Shown here: piece by piece, positions 45,281-55,096 of the stretch
Numbering within the stretch: the stretch's first letter is position 1
How the letters are laid out: each line of letters begins with the position of its first letter
Assembly: GCA_934757845.1 (NCBI GenBank)
Contig: CAKVLQ010000001.1
Location: 72,398-136,397 of the forward strand
DNA: 64,000 nucleotides
Origin: an uncultured Clostridia bacterium
GTDB lineage: Bacteria > Bacillota > Clostridia > Christensenellales > UBA1242
Direction: 5' to 3'
The notes under the pieces: generated by a model
Database searches by the model: none
What the model was told of the DNA's origin: nothing
What the model saw: the letters and a program-made list of their open reading frames with translations, nothing else
Made by a program: the position numbers and the translations under genes

Positions 45281-47569
45281 ATGATAAAAAACAAAACGAA
45301 ATTTTTATTTATTTTTATGCTTTTGTTAATTCTTCCAATATGTTTTATTTTTTCGGCGTGCAAAGAAGATAAAACAGTTGAAAGATTATATGCAGAATTT
45401 AATCCAGACCTTGAAGTTCAAGAATTGGAAAACACAGTTTTAATAAACAAAACTTATGGCAACACAGAATATCTTGCAAGTTTAAAAGTGTTTGCAAGAT
45501 ATACAGACAGCACTTCTAAAGAATTAAGCCAAGAAGAGTATAGTTTAGACATTACATATATGCCACTAGACTATAATGAACCAAGCAGTCAAAAAACTTA
45601 TGCGGAATATTGTGAAAAGGTTGAAGATTCAAATTTAGATGCGGGAACTTGGGAACTTGATTTTGAATTTTCACAACACTTATTAAAAATTTCAATCTAT
45701 GTTGAAAGAGTAGATAGTCAAGAAATCTATTTTGTGGACATAACAGACAAAACAAATCATAACTTGTTTGTTAACACGCTTTATTATGGAGCAAAATCAG
45801 AAAATGCTTATGAAATTAAAGTTGTTGATTATGAAATGAATGAACTTTCAGAAAATTTGTATGATAAAACACTTTATGTTTTAACCGATAGCGAAACTTA
45901 TGACCCTAACATAACTCCAAAACAATATTACGATATGGGAAAATTAAGTTACTTTCATTTGACAAGCAATGAAACAAAGCCGGGGAATTATTGGGTTTGT
46001 TTGAAGGTGAATGCGTTTGGAAATTACAATCAAAAATTCACTTGTTTTACTTATCTTAAAGTTTTAAAATCAAAATTTGAAATTGATTCACAAAATCTAA
46101 CTTTAAATTATTCTTTTGACACTTCAAACAAAAAAATTGAAAATCTAACTTTTGAAGATATGCAAACGAACAATGGTTTTGGCAGTTCAGTTAGTTTTTC
46201 TGGCGGAAAATTAATTTTGAATAGTGATGGCGACCAAACTAATAATAATATTTTGGATAGTTCAAACAAATTAACAAGTGAAGAAATAATATCAAACTTT
46301 TCTAATCTTGGAAGTTTTGTTCCCGTAAATGCTAACGCACAATATAATGCAATCGATAATAATGCAAAAGTAATGTTTAAGTTTGTGCCTTCAAATGAAG
46401 AATATTTTTTAGGAAAGCCTTATTCATTTTTCTTTGATGAATCAGAACCTTTTGAAGTAACACTCAACATTTCAAAAGGAAAAGTTTATGTTCCTTATGT
46501 TGGAAATGGTTTTGGAGTTTATGATGCTAATAATGAAACTTATTTAAACCACAAAGTTGGGTTATATAATCAATTTATTGATATAAGATATTTTGCAAGC
46601 GAAAATAATGTTTATGATATTCAAACAAATGCAACAAAACAAAATTCAAGCGAACAAGGCGAAATAACAAATTCGTTTTTCACAAATTCAGCAGGCAATT
46701 TTTATGCAAAATTTGTTTTAAAAAATGCAAATTTTGAATGGTTAACAACCGAAGCAAAAACTGATAATTATGCCTATACTCGTCAAATTGTGCAAACTGA
46801 CCAAACTCAAAACGGATATGTTTTGTTTAATTGGACAATAGAAAAAGCGGATATTCAAGATTTGTTTTCTGCTTCTTATGAAAAAATTCAAAATGCAAAT
46901 TTCGATAATCAAACAAATGTTTGTTTTGATAGTAGTGGCGTTGCTAATTTAAGATTTGGAAATTATGATTGTGATAATCTTTTAAGTGGAATTAATTTGA
47001 ATTGGGAAGTTTTGCCACAAAATTATAATATTGAAAATGTTGGTCAAAGCACGGCAACAGGGGCAATAGAAACCCTTGACGGAAAAGAAAATAATTCAAG
47101 ATTTAAAAAATTTGTTTTGAATTGTGAAGGTGTTGATAAAGATTTATCAATTTTCATTGCTTTTCATATTTCTTCAAACGGAAATGAAAATCTAAACGCT
47201 TTTGATGAATATATTTTATTGCAATTTGATAAATTTGATTGCAGCACAGAAGATGATGTTGTTCAAACTATGAAAATTGATACCGAAAACGGAACTTTTG
47301 TGTTTTATTATAAGGTTATAGATAGTGGCACAACGATTGAAGAAGTTATAAATAATCTTCCACAAAATCTTGGAACTTTTGAACTTAAAAATCATGATAA
47401 CACCGAAATTGAAGATATGTCTAAACCTATTTCAAACAAAGATTCGTTTGTTTTATATTTCAATTCAAACACTTGTTATGCAAAAAGTTTAACAGATTCA
47501 AATGCAATTTATTTAACTTTTTTCTTCCAAACTCCATCGCAAAGCGATTTTAATGTTCCAAGTTTTTAA
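45281..47569 (+). CDS. Large surface lipoprotein, function unknown
   Basis: Signal peptide with lipobox-like FIFSAC. N/D/E/Y-rich extracytoplasmic body with no recognised domain. Confidence 0.5.
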   Translation: MIKNKTKFLFIFMLLLILPICFIFSACKEDKTVERLYAEFNPDLEVQELENTVLINKTYGNTEYLASLKVFARYTDSTSKELSQEEYSLDITYMPLDYNEPSSQKTYAEYCEKVEDSNLDAGTWELDFEFSQHLLKISIYVERVDSQEIYFVDITDKTNHNLFVNTLYYGAKSENAYEIKVVDYEMNELSENLYDKTLYVLTDSETYDPNITPKQYYDMGKLSYFHLTSNETKPGNYWVCLKVNAFGNYNQKFTCFTYLKVLKSKFEIDSQNLTLNYSFDTSNKKIENLTFEDMQTNNGFGSSVSFSGGKLILNSDGDQTNNNILDSSNKLTSEEIISNFSNLGSFVPVNANAQYNAIDNNAKVMFKFVPSNEEYFLGKPYSFFFDESEPFEVTLNISKGKVYVPYVGNGFGVYDANNETYLNHKVGLYNQFIDIRYFASENNVYDIQTNATKQNSSEQGEITNSFFTNSAGNFYAKFVLKNANFEWLTTEAKTDNYAYTRQIVQTDQTQNGYVLFNWTIEKADIQDLFSASYEKIQNANFDNQTNVCFDSSGVANLRFGNYDCDNLLSGINLNWEVLPQNYNIENVGQSTATGAIETLDGKENNSRFKKFVLNCEGVDKDLSIFIAFHISSNGNENLNAFDEYILLQFDKFDCSTEDDVVQTMKIDTENGTFVFYYKVIDSGTTIEEVINNLPQNLGTFELKNHDNTEIEDMSKPISNKDSFVLYFNSNTCYAKSLTDSNAIYLTFFFQTPSQSDFNVPSF

Positions 47570-47595
47570 TAATAATTAAAAAAAAGAGATGAATT

Positions 47596-48144
47596 TCATC
47601 TCTTTTTTATTTCAATAGTTCGCTTGTCTGAAACTATATAGTTCATATTAATATCAAAACTTTCGGTTTTAATAAAATCAACAATTTGATTGTCAAAACA
47701 TATTGCAACTTTTTTTGCAATTTTGCTTTTTAAAAATTTGTCATAATATCCACCACCATAGCCAAGTCGTTCGCCATTCAAACTTACGGCAAGGCAAGGA
47801 ATAATGGCAACAAAATTGTCTATTTCTTCACTTTTGCCAATAGGCTCAAAAATTCCAAACTTGCTTTTTTGAAATTTTGAATTTTTGTTAATTTCTATTG
47901 CCACCATTTCACTTTGTTCAACTTTTGGGACATATACTTGTTTTCCACATTCTAGCAAAAAGTCAATTATTTTTTGAGTTTTAACTTCACTTGAAAAACT
48001 TAAATAAACAAAATAAATTTTTTCTTTAAAACTCTTAATCAAATTTTGAAGATTAAAAAATATTTCATCACTTTTTTCGTCAATTTCAATCAAAGAAAGG
48101 GAATTTCGGTATTCCTTCATTTTTTGTCTTAAAAGTTGTTTCAT
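47596..48144 (-). CDS. 5-formyltetrahydrofolate cyclo-ligase
   Basis: Family size and the GYGGGYYDKFL motif. Confidence 0.8.
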   Translation of the reverse strand: MKQLLRQKMKEYRNSLSLIEIDEKSDEIFFNLQNLIKSFKEKIYFVYLSFSSEVKTQKIIDFLLECGKQVYVPKVEQSEMVAIEINKNSKFQKSKFGIFEPIGKSEEIDNFVAIIPCLAVSLNGERLGYGGGYYDKFLKSKIAKKVAICFDNQIVDFIKTESFDINMNYIVSDKRTIEIKKR

Positions 48145-48269
48145 ATAAAAATAATAATAGAAAAATAAAAAAAATCAAAGCAAAATAGCAAAAAGTTTTT
48201 AGAAGTCAAATTTTTTTAATTAACAAAAAAACCTTAAAAAACATAATAATGTTTTGTAGGAGTGAAACT

Positions 48270-49211
48270 ATGATAAACAGAAAAAGATGCGGAATTGAAA
48301 ATCAAAAAAATATTTGCAAAACAAATTTGCAACCTTTTGGTTGCGGTGGCAGGCAAAAACAGATTATAATTACTGGTCCAACAGGTCCAAGGGGATTTAG
48401 GGGAATAACTGGCCCAACAGGTCCAGCCAACGGCGAAGTTATTGCTAGGCAAACAATTACGGTTACAGAAAATGAGCCAGCAAATGTTGTTTCAACCACT
48501 GTTGGAAACAAAACTTATCTTGATTTTTATATTCCAAAAGGAAAAGATGGAACAACAGATACTATAAAGGCAGGGAATGTTGAAACAATTAATGCAACTG
48601 AAAAAGCCGAAGTTAATGACAGGATTGAAAACAACACTCATTATTTTGATTTTAAGTTGCCAAGGGGTTTTGATGGCGAAAAAGGCGAAGGTGAACAAAT
48701 TTCAATAGATTGTGTAACCACAGTTGATTTCAATGAGCCAGCCCGAGTTGAAGACAATTTTGAAAATAATGTTCACAATTTGTCTTTCTTTATTCCAAGG
48801 GGAGCACCTTATCTTAACAGCAAAACGATTGTGAGTATGAATAAAAACTCAAATCAAATTATTGACACCGTGAACACACTAATTGAATTTGAAGATTCAA
48901 AAAATATTGAAAACGCAAATGTATCAAACACTTCTTGCGAAGTTTTGGTGCAAGGACTTTATAAAGTTGATGTTGGTGTGATGCTAAAAGTTAATCAACC
49001 AGTTCAAATTTCACTTTGCAATAATGATGAACCTATTGCTTATGGAACTTTGCATTTTGATGCAAACACTTCTTATGTGGGTAAATCATTTGTCTTGAAT
49101 TTGCAGGTTAATGATAAGATTAGTTTAAAAGTAACAAGTTTAACGGCGGGATTTAATTTTGCAAAAGATATATCGTTTGCTTATTTTAATATAACTCCAA
49201 TACCTTACTAA
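48270..49211 (+). CDS. Collagen-like (GXY) protein with Cys-rich basic N-terminus, three short beta-modules and a BclA-C/C1q-like C-terminal domain
   Basis: GPTGPRGFRGITGPTGPANG, then three modules ending [YF][FL]DF.[IL]P.G. ATG 48270 follows AGGAG. Confidence 0.75.
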   Translation: MINRKRCGIENQKNICKTNLQPFGCGGRQKQIIITGPTGPRGFRGITGPTGPANGEVIARQTITVTENEPANVVSTTVGNKTYLDFYIPKGKDGTTDTIKAGNVETINATEKAEVNDRIENNTHYFDFKLPRGFDGEKGEGEQISIDCVTTVDFNEPARVEDNFENNVHNLSFFIPRGAPYLNSKTIVSMNKNSNQIIDTVNTLIEFEDSKNIENANVSNTSCEVLVQGLYKVDVGVMLKVNQPVQISLCNNDEPIAYGTLHFDANTSYVGKSFVLNLQVNDKISLKVTSLTAGFNFAKDISFAYFNITPIPY

Positions 49212-49377
49212 AAAAAATTTAACAAAAAAACTTTAAAGAACTCTTAATTATAAGGGTTCTTTTATTAAATTAAAATATTACTTTTTATGGTAAAAGTAAA
49301 TTTTTGTGGTTATTTTAACATAATTTTTTATAAAAAAATATAATAAATTAGAGATTTATCTTTTTTAGGAGAAAATT

Positions 49378-50871
<1,494 letters not shown>

Positions 50872-51019
50872 AATTTATTTTAATTGTTTTAACAAAAAAG
50901 AGCAAAAAATTGCTCTTTTTTATAGATTTTTATTTAATTTTTATAATTAAACGATTTATAAATATATTAAATTAGTTTTTTGATATGCTTTTTTAACAAT
51001 TTTTTATCATATCAATTTT

Positions 51020-51772
51020 TTACATATCAAGGTTTTCATTATTGCTGTTTTGCATTCCTTTGATTTTATATTTTTTAAAGCACAATGCTTCAACATAAAA
51101 CAGTCCAGTTATTATTGGAAGCAATGGAAGGAGATAAACAAACGGCAAAGGAATAAGTTTATATAAAGGTTTTAAAATCATAATATCTCCACCATTTTGA
51201 GTGTAAGAATGATTATGTGGTCCTTCCATTTGCCAGCCATTGAAAGCAAAATTTGCAAAGAAACAAACTAAAAAATATGCCAAAACACAAAGAACAACCC
51301 AAGGAACATATTTTGTTTGTGGTTTATACCATTTTGCTGAAATCATAAGTAACGCAACCAAAATAACAATTAAGTGGTCAAGCCAAAAGTTTAGTGTAAC
51401 AACCGAATACCACATTGAATTTGCCACATCAGAAGGATAGGCAACAAAAGTTGACGCCGCAGATGGCATTGAAAAAAAGAAAAGATATTGCCTTGCAAGT
51501 TCATTCTTTTTGATTAAACAAAGCGGAAGAAGAATGAAATTAAAATTGCATACTTGAAACATTTGCTCAAAAAAGTTTTTAAAATCTAATGTTGTTCCAT
51601 AATGCGTAAGATGCAAAAAAGCAATTCCAAACATTCCAAGCAAAACAAGTGAATGAATTATTACGCATTGCCATTTGTAACTTATGCGAGAAACTAAAAA
51701 CATTAAACCTATAACTATTATTAAAGAAGCAATAAGCATTAATATGTGGGCAGTGCCACCAATATTCATCAT
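51020..51772 (-). CDS. Polytopic integral membrane protein
   Basis: About 7 TM segments. I prefer ATG 51772 over the TTG at 51808, because that TTG is part of a TTGACA -35-like hexamer. Confidence 0.45.
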   Translation of the reverse strand: MMNIGGTAHILMLIASLIIVIGLMFLVSRISYKWQCVIIHSLVLLGMFGIAFLHLTHYGTTLDFKNFFEQMFQVCNFNFILLPLCLIKKNELARQYLFFFSMPSAASTFVAYPSDVANSMWYSVVTLNFWLDHLIVILVALLMISAKWYKPQTKYVPWVVLCVLAYFLVCFFANFAFNGWQMEGPHNHSYTQNGGDIMILKPLYKLIPLPFVYLLPLLPIITGLFYVEALCFKKYKIKGMQNSNNENLDM

Positions 51773-51922
51773 AAAAATAATATAGCATATTATAGCATAA
51801 AATGTCAATTTATGTTTTTATATGTTTTAATATAATAATTTATTATTTAATATATTTTTTTTATAATCTTATTAAAAATTAAAATGAAATAAAAAAAGAC
51901 TTGAAAAAAATCAAGCCTTTAT

Positions 51923-52000
51923 TGGGGTGAAATATCGGATTCGAACCGATGACCTCTGGTGCCACAAACCAGCGCTCTAACCAACTGAGCTAATCCCACC
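51923..52000 (-). tRNA. tRNA-His (anticodon GUG) with encoded G-1
   Basis: The reverse complement G-GTGGGAT...CTGGT-TTGTGGC-ACCAG...ATCGGTTCGAATCCGAT-ATTTCAC-C-CCA has the extra 5' G opposite discriminator C. Confidence 0.92.
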
Positions 52001-52136
52001 AAGATTAAACTATTTTACACAAAACTTTTTTTTTTGTCAAGGCTTTTAAATAAATTGTTAAATTAATAGAAAATTAAGTTAAAAAACAGCCCAAAAAAAT
52101 TAAAATAAAAAAAATTAAAAAATTTGTAAAAAATTA

Positions 52137-52165
52137 TTGACATTTTTTTTGAATTGTTTTATACT
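52137..52165 (+). promoter_or_regulatory. Sigma-A type promoter of the tRNA-Val/Leu/Lys cluster
   Basis: TTGACA (52137-52142), 17 nt, TATACT (52160-52165). Confidence 0.6.
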
Positions 52166-52193
52166 ATCAAAGTCGTTGAAAAACAAAAAGCGT

Positions 52194-52269
52194 GGAAGCT
52201 TAGCTCAGTTGGTAGAGCATCTGCCTTACAAGCAGGCGGTCATAGGTTCGAGTCCTATAGTTTCCACCA
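52194..52269 (+). tRNA. tRNA-Val (anticodon UAC)
   Basis: Acceptor GGAAGCT/AGTTTCC, anticodon loop CTTACAA, T-loop GGTTCGAGTCC, CCA. Confidence 0.92.
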
Positions 52270-52280
52270 CTATTTTTTAA

Positions 52281-52363
52281 GCGGGCATGGCGGAATTGGC
52301 AGACGCGCTAGACTTAGGATCTAGTTCGAGAGAGTGGGGGTTCAAGTCCCTTTGCCCGCACCA
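52281..52363 (+). tRNA. tRNA-Leu (anticodon UAG), long variable arm
   Basis: Acceptor GCGGGCA/TGCCCGC, anticodon arm CTAGA-CTTAGGA-TCTAG, CCA. Confidence 0.92.
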
Positions 52364-52384
52364 AAAAAATAAAACAAAAGATAA

Positions 52385-52568
52385 CTTAATCGGAAATATG
52401 ACTCATTAGCTCAGTTGGAACAGAACAAAAGCGCATCCAGTGGATGAAACAGCTTTTGTGGCAGTTCTTGGCTTTAACAAGCACTAAACCTTTATGGTTG
52501 CGGTGCGAAGATTAAAACAAGAGGAAGAGCTCGCTCTAACAACTGGGAAAATGAAAATCTTAATCGTT
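52385..52568 (+). pseudogene. Decayed upstream copy of tRNA-Lys: perfect 34-nt duplicate of leader plus tRNA 5' part, followed by 150 nt of structured, tRNA-arm-like debris
   Basis: CTTAATCGGAAATATGACTCATTAGCTCAGTTGG at 52385-52418 is identical to 52569-52602. Downstream, CTTGGCTTTAACAAG resembles a damaged Lys anticodon arm. Confidence 0.6.
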
Positions 52569-52583
52569 CTTAATCGGAAATAT

Positions 52584-52659
52584 GACTCATTAGCTCAGTT
52601 GGTAGAGCACCTGACTTTTAATCCGGTTGTCCCGAGTTCGAGTCTCGGATGAGTCACCA
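52584..52659 (+). tRNA. tRNA-Lys (anticodon UUU)
   Basis: Acceptor GACTCAT/ATGAGTC, anticodon loop CTTTTAA, T-arm CCGAG-TTCGAGT-CTCGG, CCA. There is one U:C mismatch (29:41) in the anticodon stem. Confidence 0.88.
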
Positions 52660-52853
52660 ATCAAAAATAGAAAGTCTTTAATAAGACTTTTTTTTAATTA
52701 AATTAATTTTAATCTTGATGCTTGAGATATTACTTTGAATGAAATTTCTAATGTAAATGATATTTTTGTTTTCCAAAAATTGAGATTAAACAAGTTTATT
52801 AAATAATTTTTTTTAAAATTAAATTATTTTTTGTTTTTGTAATATATATTTAT

Positions 52854-53321
52854 ATGTATAACCGAACAAAAGCGATTGAATATGCAAAAAAATATGCGTT
52901 TGAATATAACAAAAAATTTTATGATTTTAGTTTAATTGGTGGCGATTGCACTAATTTTGTTTCACAATGTTTAAATGCTGGTGGGATTTTGATGGATTTT
53001 TCTTTTGATGGGTGGTTTTATACAGATGCACAAAATCGAAGCCCAGCATGGACATCGGTTGAAGATTTTTGGAAATATGGGCTTAAAAATAAAAATTTGA
53101 AACTAAAAAAAGTGAACATTGAGCAAGTTGAAGTTGGCGATATTGTTCAATTTTTTGATATTAATCAAAACCGATATTATCATTGCGTGATTATAACAAA
53201 AATAATAAAACCAATATCAAAACAAAATATTTTTGTTGCAAGCCATGATAATAATGCTTTCAATAAAAGTTTGGCTCTTTATAATGTAAGCAATTTTAGG
53301 TTTGGGAAAATCATGAATTAA
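52854..53321 (+). CDS. Putative amidase-domain protein (Amidase_6 / NlpC-P60-like Cys-His fold)
   Basis: AIEYAKKYA...YNKKFYDF...GGDCTNFVSQCLNAGG...GWFY...SPAWTSV..FW...GDIVQF...HCVIIT follows the pattern of the putative amidase domain family. Confidence 0.65.
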   Translation: MYNRTKAIEYAKKYAFEYNKKFYDFSLIGGDCTNFVSQCLNAGGILMDFSFDGWFYTDAQNRSPAWTSVEDFWKYGLKNKNLKLKKVNIEQVEVGDIVQFFDINQNRYYHCVIITKIIKPISKQNIFVASHDNNAFNKSLALYNVSNFRFGKIMN

Positions 53322-53721
53322 AGAAAAATTTAATAAAAACACAATAAAAAAAAGAGCATATTAGTCAATACTGTTTGAAACTAGCAAAATATAAACACTT
53401 TAATTTATAAAAGATTAAGGTGTTTTTTTCACTCTCTTAACTGAAAACGAAACAAATACTTCTGGCGTTGTCAAGGATTGTCGCCAATAGCGACATGCAC
53501 TTTAACCTTGACAACAAAGAATATTTGTTTACCATAATAAAAAAGAGAAGAAAAATAATAGAAAAAGCGAAAGTGTGTTATGTTTACCAACACTTTCGCT
53601 TTTTGTCTGGTTTAATTTAGTTTATTAGTGTGTGCTTGTCTTCGGTGGAGCTTTAGCGTTCACCGACTTGTATCAAGACAAGCACACGTTTAAATGCCAA
53701 AATGAAATATTTTTTAAATTG

Positions 53722-53750
53722 TTGACTTTTTGCGAAATTTTGCATATAAT
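53722..53750 (+). promoter_or_regulatory. Near-consensus sigma-A promoter of the trpS leader
   Basis: TTGACT (53722-53727), 17 nt, TATAAT (53745-53750). Confidence 0.65.
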
Positions 53751-53778
53751 TATTACATCTTAAACAAAGGAGAAAAAT

Positions 53779-53811
53779 ATGTTAAATTCATTTATTTGGT
53801 GGCGTAAATAA
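53779..53811 (+). CDS. Candidate trpS leader peptide MLNSFIWWRK (tandem Trp codons)
   Basis: AAGGAG (53767-53772) lies 6 nt before ATG 53779. TGG TGG occupies 53797-53802 and the TAA stop 53809-53811, directly abutting the first hairpin arm. Confidence 0.6.
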   Translation: MLNSFIWWRK

Positions 53812-53907
53812 ATTAGCGTTCGCAAAAACACTATGTTTTGTGAATGCTTTTTCGTATGTCACAAAACATATAAATGGATTAAATATTCAATATATAAAAT
53901 CTACTAT

Positions 53908-53954
53908 AACCCGTTGGTATGTTTTGATTGTCAAAATAATCAACGGGTTTTTTA
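53908..53954 (+). terminator. Intrinsic terminator (attenuator) in the trpS leader
   Basis: AACCCGTTG ... CAACGGGTT stem with an internal TTTTGA/TCAAAA extension, followed by TTTTTT. It lies 26 nt upstream of the trpS ATG. Confidence 0.7.
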
Positions 53955-53979
53955 TTTTAAATTATGGAGATTTTATATT

Positions 53980-54969
53980 ATGAAAAAAACAATGTTAACA
54001 GGAGTTAGACCTAGCGGTAATCTAACATTAGGAAATTATTTGGGGGCAATTAAAAATTTTGTAGATAGACAAGAACAATACAATAGTTACATTTTTCTTG
54101 CAGATTTACACGCAATAACAAGCTATATAGAACCATGTAAATTGAAAAGTGCGGTTATGGATGCTGTAGCAATGTATTTGGCTTGTGGAGTTAATCCGGA
54201 CATTACAACTATATTTAAACAAAGTGATGTATTGGAGCATGGGACACTCGGATTTATAATGACATTCCAAACAAAAATGGGTGAATTATCACGTATGACG
54301 CAATTTAAGTATAAATCTCAGCAAAAATCAAAAGAAGGAGTTGATACAGGTTTATTTATTTATCCAACACTTATGGTCGCAGATATTTTGCTTTATAATA
54401 CTGCGATAGTCCCCGTTGGCAAAGACCAACAGCAACACGTTGAACTTACTCGCGATTTGGCTGAAAGATTTAACAAAAGATATGGTAAAACCTTTGAAAT
54501 GCCAGATGTATATGTAGCACCTGTTGGAAATAAAATATTAAATTTACAAAACCCATTAGAAAAAATGAATAAGTCTGACAGCGGTGAAAATAAGGGAACG
54601 ATTTTTCTTATGGACGATATTGAAGTTGCAAAAAAGAAAATAATGTCAGCTAAAACAGACAACTTAAATAAAGTTCACTTTGATGAAGATAATCAACCGG
54701 GCATTTCAAATCTTATGAGTATAATGAGCAAGATTACAAACGAAAGTTTTGAAAGTATTGAAAAAAGATATAACGGCAAAGGATATGGAGAATTCAAAAA
54801 AGAAGTTGCTAATATTGTTGCTGAATTATTGACAGATATACAAACGAAATATAAACATTATAACAATGAAGAATGTTTGAAAAAAATATTAACAAATGGG
54901 GCAAAACATGCTCAAATTGTTGCAAAAGAAACCTTGAAACGTGCAACTATATCGCTAGGATTAAATTAA
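53980..54969 (+). CDS. trpS: Tryptophan--tRNA ligase
   Basis: GVRPSGNLTLGNYLG (HIGH-region variant), DQQQHVELTRD, KMNKS (KMSKS). ATG 53980 follows a GGAGA RBS. The longer ORF-track start at 53833 lies inside the leader hairpins. Confidence 0.95.
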   Translation: MKKTMLTGVRPSGNLTLGNYLGAIKNFVDRQEQYNSYIFLADLHAITSYIEPCKLKSAVMDAVAMYLACGVNPDITTIFKQSDVLEHGTLGFIMTFQTKMGELSRMTQFKYKSQQKSKEGVDTGLFIYPTLMVADILLYNTAIVPVGKDQQQHVELTRDLAERFNKRYGKTFEMPDVYVAPVGNKILNLQNPLEKMNKSDSGENKGTIFLMDDIEVAKKKIMSAKTDNLNKVHFDEDNQPGISNLMSIMSKITNESFESIEKRYNGKGYGEFKKEVANIVAELLTDIQTKYKHYNNEECLKKILTNGAKHAQIVAKETLKRATISLGLN

Positions 54970-54971
54970 AT

Positions 54972-55006
54972 AAAAAGACATAAGAATTAATCTTCTTATG
55001 TCTTTT
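54972..55006. terminator. Bidirectional terminator between convergent trpS and lysK
   Basis: AAAAAGACATAAGAA-ttaatc-TTCTTATGTCTTTTT. Confidence 0.75.
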
Positions 55007-55096
55007 TCGCTAGTTTCAATTATCTTAGCCCTTAGGTTTGCTCTTTTTTATTAGTGAAATAAAATTTTCATTTTTTTAATATAATTAATTTATAAA

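Noticed and set aside
52419-52568. 150-nt insert in the tRNA-Lys region as a group I intron or a split/permuted tRNA
   Set aside because: The downstream tRNA-Lys has its own complete 5' half, so nothing needs splicing. The interruption point is the D-loop, not the anticodon loop. The insert is too short for a group I core.
53790-53830. Possible T-box element upstream of trpS (GGTGGCG resembles part of the T-box GGTGGTACCGCG)
   Set aside because: The match is only partial. It lies about 100 nt upstream of the terminator instead of forming its antiterminator. The leader is too short for a Stem I/specifier domain. The GGTGG is simply the TGG TGG codons of the mini-ORF.
53833-53979. Long N-terminal extension of trpS in the ORF track (MFCECFFVCHKTYK...)
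   Set aside because: The extension runs through the leader hairpins and the intrinsic terminator and has no RBS. Homology to TrpRS begins at MKKTMLTGVRPSGN, with a GGAGA RBS before ATG 53980.
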